A stretch of 64,000 nt of DNA from contig JACPSK010000001.1 of NCBI GenBank assembly GCA_016193335.1, forward strand, positions 175,926 through 239,925, in the 5' to 3' direction. Origin of the DNA: Candidatus Magasanikiibacteriota bacterium (GTDB lineage Bacteria; Patescibacteriota; Patescibacteriia; Magasanikbacterales; UBA922). Positions within the stretch are counted from its first letter, which is position 1; every line of letters begins with the position of its first letter. The notes beneath the pieces are model-generated. The model saw only the letters and a list, made by a program, of their open reading frames with translations, had not been told where the DNA came from and did not search any database. Made by a program: the position numbers and the translations under genes. This document shows positions 10,024 to 19,998 of this stretch, one piece after another.

Positions 10024-10710
10024 TCAATTAAGTACGAGTCTAATCGGATCTATGCGATCGAGTTCGTCCGGAGAGAGAAAGTTAGGACGCTCTCTGCCGT
10101 ATACAGCGTGTACCATATGTGTTTTCATAAATTGATTCATGAGATCCGTGAAATAGTATTGTCCGTTTTCGTGACGCACAAGATCATAACGGAAAATATC
10201 CTCATTCAGAACCACGATGCCGGCAGCCGACATATTGGATGAAGGATTCGCCGGTTTTTCAATGACTTCTAGAATTATGTCGTCTTCTCCAATGGAAGCG
10301 ATTCCAGACTGTCTGGGGCTTGCCGAAGGCGCGCAGAGCCAACTGCTGGGGTATGACATACAGCCCTTGATTTCTTCCCGAGTGGGCAGTTCATCGCCGT
10401 AAATAAGCAAAAAACGTTCTTGAGGAGAAAAAAAATCTTTCGTGAGAAATAAAGCCGTTGCCGTTCCATCCAAGACAGCTTGGTCAACGTATCGAATGTT
10501 TTTTCCTTGATACTTGTGTCCTAGATGCTGCCGAATTTTTTTTTGAAGATAGCCAACCACCATAATTACTGAATCCACTTCGGGAGGAAGCGACTCAAAT
10601 ATATAATCAAGAATGGTTTTGTTCCCTACTCTCAACAATGGTTTGGGCATACTGCGCGTCAGCGGGTACATTCTGCGCCCTTCCCCTGCCGCAAGAATAA
10701 CTGTTTTCAT
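10024..10710 (-). CDS. Sugar-1-phosphate nucleotidyltransferase (HddC/mannose-1-P guanylyltransferase-like), copy 1
   Basis: MKTVILAAGEGRRMYPLTRSMPKPLL matches the NTP-transferase signature G-x-G-x-R. An internal ATG at 10710 is preferred over the track start at 10761. It is a paralog of 19995..20714. Confidence 0.7.
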   Translation of the reverse strand: MKTVILAAGEGRRMYPLTRSMPKPLLRVGNKTILDYIFESLPPEVDSVIMVVGYLQKKIRQHLGHKYQGKNIRYVDQAVLDGTATALFLTKDFFSPQERFLLIYGDELPTREEIKGCMSYPSSWLCAPSASPRQSGIASIGEDDIILEVIEKPANPSSNMSAAGIVVLNEDIFRYDLVRHENGQYYFTDLMNQFMKTHMVHAVYGRERPNFLSPDELDRIDPIRLVLN

Positions 10711-10769
10711 AGGAGGCCAGTAAAGTAGTCTTATTCTATAGGGCGGCGGCTCTCCTGTCAACGTGAGAG

Positions 10770-12560
10770 CTATTCTTTCTGCAAATGAAAAACAGCCATT
10801 TCATGCTCCTCAAAAACCAAATTCAAAGAAGACAAAGATGCAAAAACTGTTTTGTCCAAAGGCCCCTCTGACAATATATAATCAATGCGAAAACGCGAAA
10901 GCGCTTCCAAGAAATCCGTATCCATAAAACGGATATAATCATCAGCGAAACGTTCAAAACGAGTCTGGAGTTTAGGGTCCGGAAGGCCGAGCGTATGTTG
11001 CAATTGAAACTGCAGAGCATGCTCCACTTCTTGCTTGTGTGTCGCCAGATATCCATGGATGCTATCTTTTGTAATGCCTCGCAGACGCAACACACTCATG
11101 TAACGATAGACAAAATCCTCGGGATCAGCGAGCACAGATTGATTTTCTCCTGAATGATACGTATTGCAATGAGTGAACGCAGGAATGAGATTACTCCACC
11201 ACGAAATATCCTCTTCATTGATTAAAACTACGCAATCTTTTTGAGCTTGAGTATTGAAAAAAGCAAATACATCAGCGTACCATTGCCGTTCTCGAAATAT
11301 AGGCTCGTTCTTTTGATAGGCGCTCACCTGTTGGAATACACCCAATGCCAGAGAAGCGATGGCCATAAACCCGACCGCGGCCAAAGCACTGCGGGGGAAG
11401 CGCAGTCTGACTGCATGCCAAAAAAGGACAATAACTACCACGTACATGAGAGGAATAGTATAAAATACATAATGATAGTACCAAATCTCACGCCCTGTTA
11501 TGACCTGCTGATTATAGACAATCCAGGAAGCTAATATTAGGAAAAACGAAAAACTCCACCACCTAGTCCAAGAACCTAAGATACCTTTTTTGAAATATAA
11601 GATAAAACTGATTCCTGCAAAAAGAAGGGTGACGGCCAAGACAAAAAGGTTGAGATGCGGTTCACGGGTTAAATAAAGACCGATGCGCGCGGCGGCTTCT
11701 GGATACCATTGATCTTGGGCAGCTTCTAAGGCCCTCAGCCAGTATGGCAGGGAAAATAAAAGACCTAAAACAAAAATAGAAATATAGGCACGACATTCTT
11801 TATACTGATGCTTAAAAAAGGCACCAATAAAACACAAACCCAAAATCGTGAGAGCCAAAGTCCAACTAAAAACATAACTCGCCATCATAAGCGACAAAGA
11901 AAGGCCTCCTACTATTATCCACCGTTTCTCCCTCAATCCTCTATATATGTTCCAAACACACAAGAGAAAGAAAAACAACAATATCCCTCCAAACACCGGA
12001 TTGACAGGCCTGGTCCAGATAAAAAAACCTTCCGGAGAAGCAGACCCTAGTAGGTAAGCCCACACAGAGCGATAATCCACGAGATCAAAGCCCAAAGTCA
12101 CCATCAAAGCAGCCGCCGAAGCGTAGAAACCGGCTTTGCTTTTTTGAGAATCATCAGCTTCCAATATATGAAAAGTCAATAGGTAGACGGCAAAACACAG
12201 GAGGCCGGGAAGTAAAAATTTACTGAAAAGCAAAACAGAGATGAGAGAAATTCCAAACCATTTCACGGGGAAGGTATAAAGATGGGCCAGCGTGGCTGGC
12301 AAAAGAGGAAATTTATCTTTATATTCAAAAAAGGGCATAGAAGCTGTGCTTGGATGGCCATCTAAAATTTCTTGCATGATTGCTATGTAGGCTTCTTCAT
12401 TTGGCGTGGCAAACATATGCACGCCCCTATATTCAGGCCCAAGAGAAAAAGAAAACAGAATATGGGGAGCGACGGCAAGCAAGGCCACAAACAAAGACAC
12501 TACGATACCAGCCGCGTGCTGTCTGATTTTAGTATTCAGAAGCTTTAAATGCATTCGCAT
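10770..12560 (-). CDS. Polytopic membrane protein, putative GT-C-type glycosyltransferase; paralog of 3859..5709
   Basis: Many TM helices. The motif NEEAYIAIMQEIL aligns with ArnT DEARYAEISREML. An N-terminal block PEYRGVHMFATPNEE matches ESYRGVNFGNYGED of the 3859 gene. Confidence 0.5.
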   Translation of the reverse strand: MRMHLKLLNTKIRQHAAGIVVSLFVALLAVAPHILFSFSLGPEYRGVHMFATPNEEAYIAIMQEILDGHPSTASMPFFEYKDKFPLLPATLAHLYTFPVKWFGISLISVLLFSKFLLPGLLCFAVYLLTFHILEADDSQKSKAGFYASAAALMVTLGFDLVDYRSVWAYLLGSASPEGFFIWTRPVNPVFGGILLFFFLLCVWNIYRGLREKRWIIVGGLSLSLMMASYVFSWTLALTILGLCFIGAFFKHQYKECRAYISIFVLGLLFSLPYWLRALEAAQDQWYPEAAARIGLYLTREPHLNLFVLAVTLLFAGISFILYFKKGILGSWTRWWSFSFFLILASWIVYNQQVITGREIWYYHYVFYTIPLMYVVVIVLFWHAVRLRFPRSALAAVGFMAIASLALGVFQQVSAYQKNEPIFRERQWYADVFAFFNTQAQKDCVVLINEEDISWWSNLIPAFTHCNTYHSGENQSVLADPEDFVYRYMSVLRLRGITKDSIHGYLATHKQEVEHALQFQLQHTLGLPDPKLQTRFERFADDYIRFMDTDFLEALSRFRIDYILSEGPLDKTVFASLSSLNLVFEEHEMAVFHLQKE

Positions 12561-12586
12561 ATATCTAGGCCCAAAAAATCAAAAAA

Positions 12587-13258
12587 CTATTTCTTCAAAA
12601 GAATATGAAAACTATTAAAATACCAGGGGCGAAAGCATCTATATAAAAGAAAAAAAGGGAAAAACCAAAAGCCGAACTTTTTTTTGATTTTCATTTCCCT
12701 GATATCTTGAAAAACATAGAATCCCGCTTGCTGCAGGATCCGCTCTGCTTCTGAATATGTCACATAATGCATCGTGATCAGCTTTTGTCTGCCCGCGATT
12801 CCGTCTTCTTTTTGTCTATGCAAAAAATCCAGAACTGGCTCTGTCCAAGAGCGAGGCATCCAGTTGATGCCATACATGTGATAATGATAATCATAAGCGC
12901 CCCAACGATTGTGAAAACTTATGTAGGCTGAACCCCCTGTCTTCAATACTCTGTATAATTCTTTGGACATCAAAAGAGGATCTTCCACGTGTTCAGTAAC
13001 TTCTGAAGCATTTACAAAATCAAACTGCCCGTCGGGATAGGGCAGTTCTTCGGCTTTGGCCGCTCTTAAGTCAAAAGAAATTCCGTTTTGTTCCGCCAGA
13101 TTCTTGATTTCCTCGATATAGACGGGGTTGACTTCAATGCCGGAAACACGAAACCCTCTTTTTGCCATTTCCTTTAAAAAAGTTCCTCTCCCGGCGCCTA
13201 TATCCAAAACCTCGGCGCCCGGATTCAAGTAAGAGGCGCAATAATCTGCGTGTTTCAT
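12587..13258 (-). CDS. Class I SAM-dependent methyltransferase
   Basis: Motif I VLDIGAGRG, with a downstream acidic residue and a post-II motif. Confidence 0.75.
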   Translation of the reverse strand: MKHADYCASYLNPGAEVLDIGAGRGTFLKEMAKRGFRVSGIEVNPVYIEEIKNLAEQNGISFDLRAAKAEELPYPDGQFDFVNASEVTEHVEDPLLMSKELYRVLKTGGSAYISFHNRWGAYDYHYHMYGINWMPRSWTEPVLDFLHRQKEDGIAGRQKLITMHYVTYSEAERILQQAGFYVFQDIREMKIKKKFGFWFFPFFLLYRCFRPWYFNSFHILLKK

Positions 13259-13264
13259 AAAATG

Positions 13265-13999
13265 TTAAGCCAACCAAGCGCTAAAGTCGGATAAAAATTG
13301 TTCCACGACCTCGTCGGTCTTGAAGTGCCGTATCATGTCCGGAAAAAATTTGGGAGGCACGGTTACGATATGAGCTCCTGCCAAAGCCGCGTCGCGAACG
13401 TCCAGGACTCCTCTGATACTCCCGACTATAATTTTTGTGTTCAATCCTGATTGGTCAAGAAGTTTTCGCACCGATTGAGTAACGAAAGACGGATCAAAAT
13501 CCTGAGAATCAAGCACTGATCTTTTTTTCAAATCCTCACGTTTCTCCGCTGACTGATCGTTAAGCCCGCCGTCACGAATCCTGCCCCAAAATAAGCTGAC
13601 ATAACGCGCGCCGGCCCGAGCCGCCATCATAGCTTGGTTACTGTGCATACAGGCAGTGCAATTCACTGATATCCCCTGTTCAGACAGAATTTTTATAGTG
13701 GCAAGCTCATCCCAGCCAACTTGAACTTTTATACTGAGCTCGGGGTATTGAAATTGCTCCACAAACTGCTTGGCCTGACGAAGAATCTCTTGAGGATCCT
13801 TGGAAAAAACTTCCACGCTCAGATGAATGCCGGGCGCGTATCTTTTTATGAGTTCAACTATCTTTCCTATGTGCCCTTCAAATGAAGACTTGGGTTCTTT
13901 GGACAAAAGAGAAGGGTTCGTGGTGACTCCGGTCGCAAACCCACGTTTCAGCGCTTCTTCAATATCGTGAAGATTCGCTGAATCAACGAATATGTTCAT
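13265..13999 (-). CDS. Transaldolase / fructose-6-phosphate aldolase family (TalC/Fsa-like)
   Basis: N-terminal IFVDSANLHDIEEA...GVTTNPSLL and a length of 244 aa match the short transaldolase/Fsa class. Confidence 0.75.
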   Translation of the reverse strand: MNIFVDSANLHDIEEALKRGFATGVTTNPSLLSKEPKSSFEGHIGKIVELIKRYAPGIHLSVEVFSKDPQEILRQAKQFVEQFQYPELSIKVQVGWDELATIKILSEQGISVNCTACMHSNQAMMAARAGARYVSLFWGRIRDGGLNDQSAEKREDLKKRSVLDSQDFDPSFVTQSVRKLLDQSGLNTKIIVGSIRGVLDVRDAALAGAHIVTVPPKFFPDMIRHFKTDEVVEQFLSDFSAWLA

Positions 14000-14195
14000 A
14001 AAATATAATGAAAATTATCTGGCTCTAGTGTATCAAAGATGCCATGTAGGATCAATAGATAACAATAAGTCCTTTACCGGAAGCTCAAAAAATATTAAAC
14101 AGCCGATTTTGCTCGCAAAGAATCAAGACAAATTTTTACTTTAGACATGTACGCCATTTTGGCCAAAAATAGATTTAAAAAAAATAAACAAAAAA

Positions 14196-14232
14196 GCGAG
14201 GCACCGCGCAGCTCGCTTTTGGATTTTGGCGT
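14196..14232. terminator. Candidate bidirectional intrinsic terminator (AGCGAG-loop-CTCGCT flanked by A and T runs)
   Basis: On the minus strand the hairpin is followed by a TTTTTTGTTTATTTTTTTT run, downstream of gmhB. Confidence 0.45.
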
Positions 14233-14247
14233 CTCTTTTATTCAGAA

Positions 14248-14273
14248 CCCCATCTCAAAAATAATTTTGAGCC
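14248..14273. promoter_or_regulatory. 26-bp palindromic intergenic motif CCCCATCTCAAAAATAATTTTGAGCC, copy 2 of 2
   Basis: 25 of 26 positions are identical to 3701..3726. Confidence 0.3.
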
Positions 14274-14279
14274 GTGGTT

Positions 14280-14828
14280 CTACAAAGATAAATAAGGAAT
14301 AGCATCCAATAACCCATTCACCCGAATGTCTGACACCAAGTCTTTATTATATGAGTAATCAATAAGAACTGTCTTAGATCCAACAGCCTCGCCCGCCTCC
14401 GTATCCGCTTTCGTGTCTCCAATAATATAGGAACGGCTGAAATCTATTCCCCATTTTTTACCGGCCTCAAGGAGCATGCCGGGCTTTGGTTTTTTGCAGG
14501 CGCAATTATCATACCGTGTATGCGGACAAACAAATATATCATCAAACGGCAAAGCGGCCACAACGGCCATAATCTTCTGGTACTCTTCTTCAGTGATCAT
14601 GCCATAAGCCCGATCAGGTTGATTGGTGACAAGAATACGCAGATAACCCAGTTCACCCATCCGTTCAAGTGCTTCTTTGACGCCATCACGAAGATGGAAT
14701 TCATGATAAAAAAAAGGAGGGCTAAAACGCACTTTTTTTCCAAGCACTTCAAAATGCTCGCCGCGATCTATGGTCTCGTTAATTACTCCATCGCGATCAA
14801 GAAATACTGCTCGTCTTTTTGTATTCAT
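14280..14828 (-). CDS. gmhB: D-glycero-D-manno-heptose 1,7-bisphosphate phosphatase (HAD family)
   Basis: FLDRDGVIN, VTNQ and CxCxKPKPGM motifs together with GDTKADTEAG are diagnostic of GmhB. The internal start MNTKRRAVFLDRDGVIN is chosen at 14828. Confidence 0.75.
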   Translation of the reverse strand: MNTKRRAVFLDRDGVINETIDRGEHFEVLGKKVRFSPPFFYHEFHLRDGVKEALERMGELGYLRILVTNQPDRAYGMITEEEYQKIMAVVAALPFDDIFVCPHTRYDNCACKKPKPGMLLEAGKKWGIDFSRSYIIGDTKADTEAGEAVGSKTVLIDYSYNKDLVSDIRVNGLLDAIPYLSL

Positions 14829-15519
14829 GGATGCGCTCTTTAAGGCCGAACACGACCAGATGATCCAACACGACATGGAAGCCTTCCACCAGCGGCGTGG
14901 AATCGGCCGGAACCACAATAGGAACATCCACCAAATCTTTCATGGGCCCGCCGTCAAAGCCCGAAAATCCTATGGTTTTGCCTCCCCTTTCTTTTATATA
15001 TTGAAGACCCTTCATGACATTCTGAGACCATTTGCCGGCCAGGTCTGTCCCACTGCCGCCATGGACGCTCAGGGCAATGCCCACGCCTTCTGGCTCATAA
15101 TAGGTTGCTAATTGATTCACATAAATGTTGTCCCAACCCCAGTCATTGATAAAAGCGCTACATTGAGGGATATTGTCCACCAGAGCCATAGCCTTGATCC
15201 CGCGGTCTCCGGGTTTTTCGGTGATAGTCTTCGTAAGATCCGCGGCCAAATGAGTGGCACTCGAAGCTGAGCCTCCATTGCCCATAATATAGACCCAGCG
15301 GCCCGCTTTCCAGGTCTCAAACAAAAGTTCGATGGCCTGATCGAGTTGCCGCGTATACTCTTGTTTTATCCTCTCTATGGTCCGATCCGCATCTTCGAGA
15401 AAAGTAGCGGCAAAAGAAGCATTTTTTTCTTCCATCATAAATGACATGTGATAATCTGAAGCGTCTGATCTCCCGCCATAATCATCGTTATAGACGGACA
15501 GAAAATCGAAATCATGCAA
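14797..15519 (-). CDS. gmhA: Sedoheptulose-7-phosphate isomerase (SIS domain)
   Basis: IMGNGGSASSATHLAADL, SVHGGSG and GFSGFDGG blocks match GmhA/LpcA. The true start may be an internal Met near 15450. Confidence 0.7.
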   Translation of the reverse strand: MHDFDFLSVYNDDYGGRSDASDYHMSFMMEEKNASFAATFLEDADRTIERIKQEYTRQLDQAIELLFETWKAGRWVYIMGNGGSASSATHLAADLTKTITEKPGDRGIKAMALVDNIPQCSAFINDWGWDNIYVNQLATYYEPEGVGIALSVHGGSGTDLAGKWSQNVMKGLQYIKERGGKTIGFSGFDGGPMKDLVDVPIVVPADSTPLVEGFHVVLDHLVVFGLKERIHEYKKTSSIS

Positions 15520-15522
15520 GCT

Positions 15523-16044
15523 CTAATCACAGTGAACGATAGCATGAACCGGCGTATTTTGCAAGCGGGTTCTCCCCGCCATGTTATCCATTTCAATGAC
15601 AAAAACCGCGCCAATAATTTCAGCGCCCGTCTTTTTGACCAATTTAATGGCCGCTGACATGGTTCCGCCCGTGGCCAAAATATCGTCTACCAATAATACC
15701 CTGTCTCCGGACTTCACATCTCTTTCAGAAATCTCTATGACTTGTGAAGCGTATTCATAGCTGTATTCCTGGGATAAAACAGGCGGAGCAATCTTGCCTT
15801 TTTTCCGAATAAGACCAAGACCAGACCCGATCCGATCGGCCAAAGCCGCGGCTATTATAAAGCCTCTCGACTCAATTCCAAGGACCATAGAGATGTCTTT
15901 TTCTCTATATGGAGAAGCGATCTCATCAATAAGTTTTTTATACAAAATCGGGTCAGCCAAAATCGGAGCTATGTCATAGGTCATTATTCCCGTTCTTGGC
16001 CAATCATTAATTTTTCTTATGTGTTCTTCGAAACTCAAATCCAT
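15523..16044 (-). CDS. apt: Adenine phosphoribosyltransferase
   Basis: PRTase motif VLLVDDILATGGT and a length of 173 aa. Confidence 0.8.
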   Translation of the reverse strand: MDLSFEEHIRKINDWPRTGIMTYDIAPILADPILYKKLIDEIASPYREKDISMVLGIESRGFIIAAALADRIGSGLGLIRKKGKIAPPVLSQEYSYEYASQVIEISERDVKSGDRVLLVDDILATGGTMSAAIKLVKKTGAEIIGAVFVIEMDNMAGRTRLQNTPVHAIVHCD

Positions 16045-16049
16045 ATGAA

Positions 16050-17174
16050 TTATTGTATTTCTTTTAGCAAGCCTTGCTCACGCATAGTCTTTTCCGTTAC
16101 CCTAAGAATTGAAGAAACATTTTCAAACTCTGTAATCCATTGCATATAATCATGCACCATATCTTCCAAACCAAAACGAGGCTCCCAACCCAAAGACCGG
16201 AGTTTATCGATATTCATGAGCGCGTGGCGGGATCCTCCCACGCGGTATCTATTGTTGATTTTGGGTTCAAAAGGGACAGCGGCCTCTTTGGCCACGCGCT
16301 CGGCCAACTCAAGGACACGAGTTCTCTCACCGCTTCCCACATTAAAAACTTCAAAATTCGCTTTTTCATCTTCGAGAACACACAGATGCGCCCGGGCCAC
16401 ATCCTGCACATGCACAAAATCTCGGATCTGTCCGGCGTCTTCATTCATTTGAATAGCTTCTTTATCCAAGACATTGGCCGCGAAGGCTCTGAGAGCCCCT
16501 GAATAATAATGCCGAAATGATTGCCTGGGACCAAGCACAATACTGTAGCGCAAAGCCACTCCGGGAATGCGGTACTGTCTTCCCAAAGTCATAAGTAATT
16601 TTTCGCTTGCCCATTTCGATATGGCGTAGGGGATGTTCGGATGAAGTTCGTCGTCTTCACGTTCTGGCAAAGGCTTTACTTCCTGTCCGCAAACGGGACA
16701 GTGCTGTTCCCAATCGCCCTTCTTCATGCGCGCTTCACTGCGCGGCGGGAGATACAGCAGACCGTGCTCCTCGCATTCAAATTTTCCTTCTCCGTAAACA
16801 GACTGGGAAGACGCCATGATAATTTTTGTGATAGACAATTTTTTATCTTCTATGCATTCAAAGAGCAAGGCAAGACTTTTTAGATTCACGTCTATATAGG
16901 TGCTGAAGTCAAGATGATAATCCATGTACGCGGCCAAATGAATCACCGAATCTATGCCTTCAAGAGCTTTGAGCCAGTCTGCCTTTTCGCGCACATCGCC
17001 CCGCATGAATTCAGCTTTTTTATGTATCCAATCCGGTAAAATCCCATTATGAGTCGGGGGGAGAAGAGAATCAAAAATACGAACCCTATACCCGGCCTCA
17101 AGCAAAAGATCGGCCACATGGGAACCTATGAACCCCGCACCACCGGTAAGAAGGACATGATGTTTATCCTTCAT
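16050..17174 (-). CDS. NAD-dependent epimerase/dehydratase with internal zinc-ribbon insertion
   Basis: [13 protein letters not shown] Rossmann motif, a YxxxK motif (YAISK) and a CPVCG-containing insert. Confidence 0.75.
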   Translation of the reverse strand: MKDKHHVLLTGGAGFIGSHVADLLLEAGYRVRIFDSLLPPTHNGILPDWIHKKAEFMRGDVREKADWLKALEGIDSVIHLAAYMDYHLDFSTYIDVNLKSLALLFECIEDKKLSITKIIMASSQSVYGEGKFECEEHGLLYLPPRSEARMKKGDWEQHCPVCGQEVKPLPEREDDELHPNIPYAISKWASEKLLMTLGRQYRIPGVALRYSIVLGPRQSFRHYYSGALRAFAANVLDKEAIQMNEDAGQIRDFVHVQDVARAHLCVLEDEKANFEVFNVGSGERTRVLELAERVAKEAAVPFEPKINNRYRVGGSRHALMNIDKLRSLGWEPRFGLEDMVHDYMQWITEFENVSSILRVTEKTMREQGLLKEIQ

Positions 17175-18165
17175 ATATTTGTTCTACGATTTTAAGAACA
17201 CTGAGCGCGTCTTTGCCGCTTGGAACCGGGTCTCTTCCCTCTTCAATGGCCAAGAGCAACTCTCTCATCTCCCGAACAAAAGAAAGCTCCGCGTCAGGGT
17301 TACACTCAAATATTTCTTCTCGCGGCAGAGCGCTATATGTTTCATCTCGAATTCCGAAGATTACTTTTTCAGTGCCGCCGTACTTTCTGCCCAGACCTTC
17401 AACATGAATATACCCGAAACTTCCATAAATTTCAAAACGATGCAAAGGTTTCCAATTCGACCAGCTGACATGAATGGAGGCGAGCTGTTTTTTTTTGCTT
17501 TTGAGGAGCAGAAAGGCATTATCTTCCACTTGCGCGGTCCAATGCAAATTTTCCACAAAACCCTTTACTTCGGCGATTTCTCCGAAAAAAGAGATAACCA
17601 TATCAACCATATGCACGCCCTGGTCAATGAGTTCTCCGCCTCCGGCCCATTCTTTGTTCATGCGCCATTCAGTGTTCATACCTTTGCGCGCTCCAAAACC
17701 ATACACTGCTCGAATAAATTGGATGTCTCCGATTTTCCCTTCGGTGAATAATTTTCGCGCGAGCAAAAAACCTTCGTGGAAACGATGATTGAAGCCGGCC
17801 ATATAGCGCAGATTCCGTGCTTGAGCAAAATTCAAAAGATCAAAAAGTTCCGTACTCGAAACGGCGCAAGGCTTTTCTGACATAACGTGTTTCCCGGCCG
17901 ATAGAGCGGCTCTGGAAATGGAGGCCAGATACTTGTGGGGCGTAGCCGCTATGACTATATCTATGTCTGTGCGTTTCAAAAGCTCTTCATAATCCGTATA
18001 TGCTTGGCAAGCAGGACCATAGACTCCGGCGAGTTCACGCGCCTTATCGCCATCTGTGTCCAGAACTGCCAAAAGATTCACCTCTCCCATCGAGGAGAGG
18101 GCCTTTACCCAGCGTTTTCCTATGCCTCCGGCTCCAACGAGCGCCACTGCGTATTTACCAATCAT
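17164..18165 (-). CDS. Gfo/Idh/MocA-family oxidoreductase
   Basis: VALVGAGGIGKRW Rossmann motif and the EKP motif (SEKPCA). Confidence 0.7.
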   Translation of the reverse strand: MIGKYAVALVGAGGIGKRWVKALSSMGEVNLLAVLDTDGDKARELAGVYGPACQAYTDYEELLKRTDIDIVIAATPHKYLASISRAALSAGKHVMSEKPCAVSSTELFDLLNFAQARNLRYMAGFNHRFHEGFLLARKLFTEGKIGDIQFIRAVYGFGARKGMNTEWRMNKEWAGGGELIDQGVHMVDMVISFFGEIAEVKGFVENLHWTAQVEDNAFLLLKSKKKQLASIHVSWSNWKPLHRFEIYGSFGYIHVEGLGRKYGGTEKVIFGIRDETYSALPREEIFECNPDAELSFVREMRELLLAIEEGRDPVPSGKDALSVLKIVEQIYEG

Positions 18166-18991
18166 ATCCTCTGTCTTTAGGTTTAATTCTTCGAGCGGTA
18201 TATATATCAGAAGTCATTATGTCTTCACGATGTTTTAGTATGGTATCAGGATCGTCCCAACGGGCGGCAAACAATTTACCTGTCACTCCGGCCATTTCTT
18301 CTGACGCTAAAAATAAACAAAATTGAGCGGCCAGCTCCGGACCTATGGTTTCCATTTTACCGGAAACCTGAGCACAGGCGTCTTGGTACACTGTTTCCCC
18401 CGCGCGTTCCGGACCCGCGGCTATTATACTATGCACAAAACCGGAATTGATAAGTCCCGGATATATGGCATTAACTGATATACATTCACCCGAAAGTTCC
18501 ACGGCAACAGACTCGGCAAAGCGGATCACCGCGGCTTTTGAAGCGGCATAGGAACTTAAATGCGGCAAAGGGCCTTCGCCCCCACCGGCGAATACGATCA
18601 CTTTCCCGTTCTCGCTACGCCTGAGCAAAGGCAAAGCATATTTCACTGCGTGCATGGTCCCAAATACATTTACTCTGAAAGCATCCTGCCAGTGATCGGA
18701 ATCCGCGTTTGTCAAAGCATTGATCTCGCCATAGATGCCGGCTGTTGTAACGAGAACGTTCAGATACTTGATCCGTGATTCAAGACCTGTAAAAAGGGCG
18801 CGCATGCCGCTAGCATCCGACACGTCTCCCACACAAACCTGGCAGGCTTCTCCCAATCTTTCTTTTATCTCATGCAACTTTTTTTCGTCGCGTCCCAGAA
18901 TAAAAACATGATAGCCCGCGTCCACAAAATGTTTCGCGACAGAGGAGCCTATCACTCCGCTTCCTCCGGTTATAAGCGCTGTTTGAATCAT
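18155..18991 (-). CDS. Classical short-chain dehydrogenase/reductase
   Basis: TGGSGVIGSSVA glycine motif and a YAASKAA catalytic YxxxK motif. Confidence 0.75.
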   Translation of the reverse strand: MIQTALITGGSGVIGSSVAKHFVDAGYHVFILGRDEKKLHEIKERLGEACQVCVGDVSDASGMRALFTGLESRIKYLNVLVTTAGIYGEINALTNADSDHWQDAFRVNVFGTMHAVKYALPLLRRSENGKVIVFAGGGEGPLPHLSSYAASKAAVIRFAESVAVELSGECISVNAIYPGLINSGFVHSIIAAGPERAGETVYQDACAQVSGKMETIGPELAAQFCLFLASEEMAGVTGKLFAARWDDPDTILKHREDIMTSDIYTARRIKPKDRGYDW

Positions 18992-19998
18992 ATGCTGTTC
19001 ATTTCTCTCGGCCTATGAATCATTACCTGCGTGCCGCTCGCTTCAACCCTATAGGGGACCTCATGGAATTTGTATTCTGTAAATAATCGGCGAACCGCAT
19101 CTTGAGATCCTTCCTGACAATAGACAAGAAAAAACCCGCCCCCGCCGGCACCGATGATTTTCCCCCCAAGAGCTCCACAGCGTTTCCCTTTTTCATATAC
19201 TTCGTCAAAGACATCATTACTCATCCGATCGGACATTTTTCTCTTGGTCTGCCAATGTTCGTCCATCAGACGTCCAAAGGTATCCAGGTCTCCCTGTTCA
19301 AAAGCCGATAAAATTCCCTTTCCAATCCGCTTTGTTTCGTGTTTGAGAGCAATCTTATCCGGTTTCTCGGCCCGTATATCATCTTGCTGTTCTGCCAAGA
19401 CCGCGGTGCTCGAGCGACGCATTGCCGTGTTGAAGAGCAAAGTCCGGCGTTCAAAGGCCTCTTGAGTCGAACGGGAAATTTTAGCGGGTAGCAGGCTTAC
19501 CGTACCATTTGCGGCTATGTCCAGCACGCAAAAATTTCCGAAAGACGCAAGATAAAAATCTTGTTTTCCGTCCGGCAGACCCAAATCTTCCGTGGCAATT
19601 TCAAAAGCTTCTTCAGCAAGCTGCAAACGGGAAAGATTTTCCCCTTTCAGAGCATGAAGGCCGTTCAAAAGACCCACCAAATAACTCGCGGAACTGCCCA
19701 AACCGGTGCCACCGGTAACATCAGCCATGGAAGAAATTTCAATCTGTTTGACAATTCCGGTCCGTTGAAGAGCGGCACGGGCAAGGTTATGCTTTAAATC
19801 CATCAGACGCTCGACCTCCTCGCTATCGCTATATTTCAAGCGAATCATCTGGTCGACAGGAGGACGGTTCAGACCGATATACATGTACAGGTTAAGCGTA
19901 ACCGCAAAAATAAAGCCGCCATGCTGTTCATAATAAGCGGGAAGATCAGTAGAACCTCCGCCAAGGGATAATCGGAAAGGCGTTCTGGTCAATATCAT
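18988..19998 (-). CDS. hddA: GHMP sugar kinase, D-glycero-D-manno-heptose 7-phosphate kinase-like
   Basis: N-terminal TRTPFRLSLGGGSTDL, GHMP motif TGGTGLGSSASYLVG and a C-terminal GAGGGGF motif. Confidence 0.65.
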   Translation of the reverse strand: MILTRTPFRLSLGGGSTDLPAYYEQHGGFIFAVTLNLYMYIGLNRPPVDQMIRLKYSDSEEVERLMDLKHNLARAALQRTGIVKQIEISSMADVTGGTGLGSSASYLVGLLNGLHALKGENLSRLQLAEEAFEIATEDLGLPDGKQDFYLASFGNFCVLDIAANGTVSLLPAKISRSTQEAFERRTLLFNTAMRRSSTAVLAEQQDDIRAEKPDKIALKHETKRIGKGILSAFEQGDLDTFGRLMDEHWQTKRKMSDRMSNDVFDEVYEKGKRCGALGGKIIGAGGGGFFLVYCQEGSQDAVRRLFTEYKFHEVPYRVEASGTQVMIHRPREMNSI

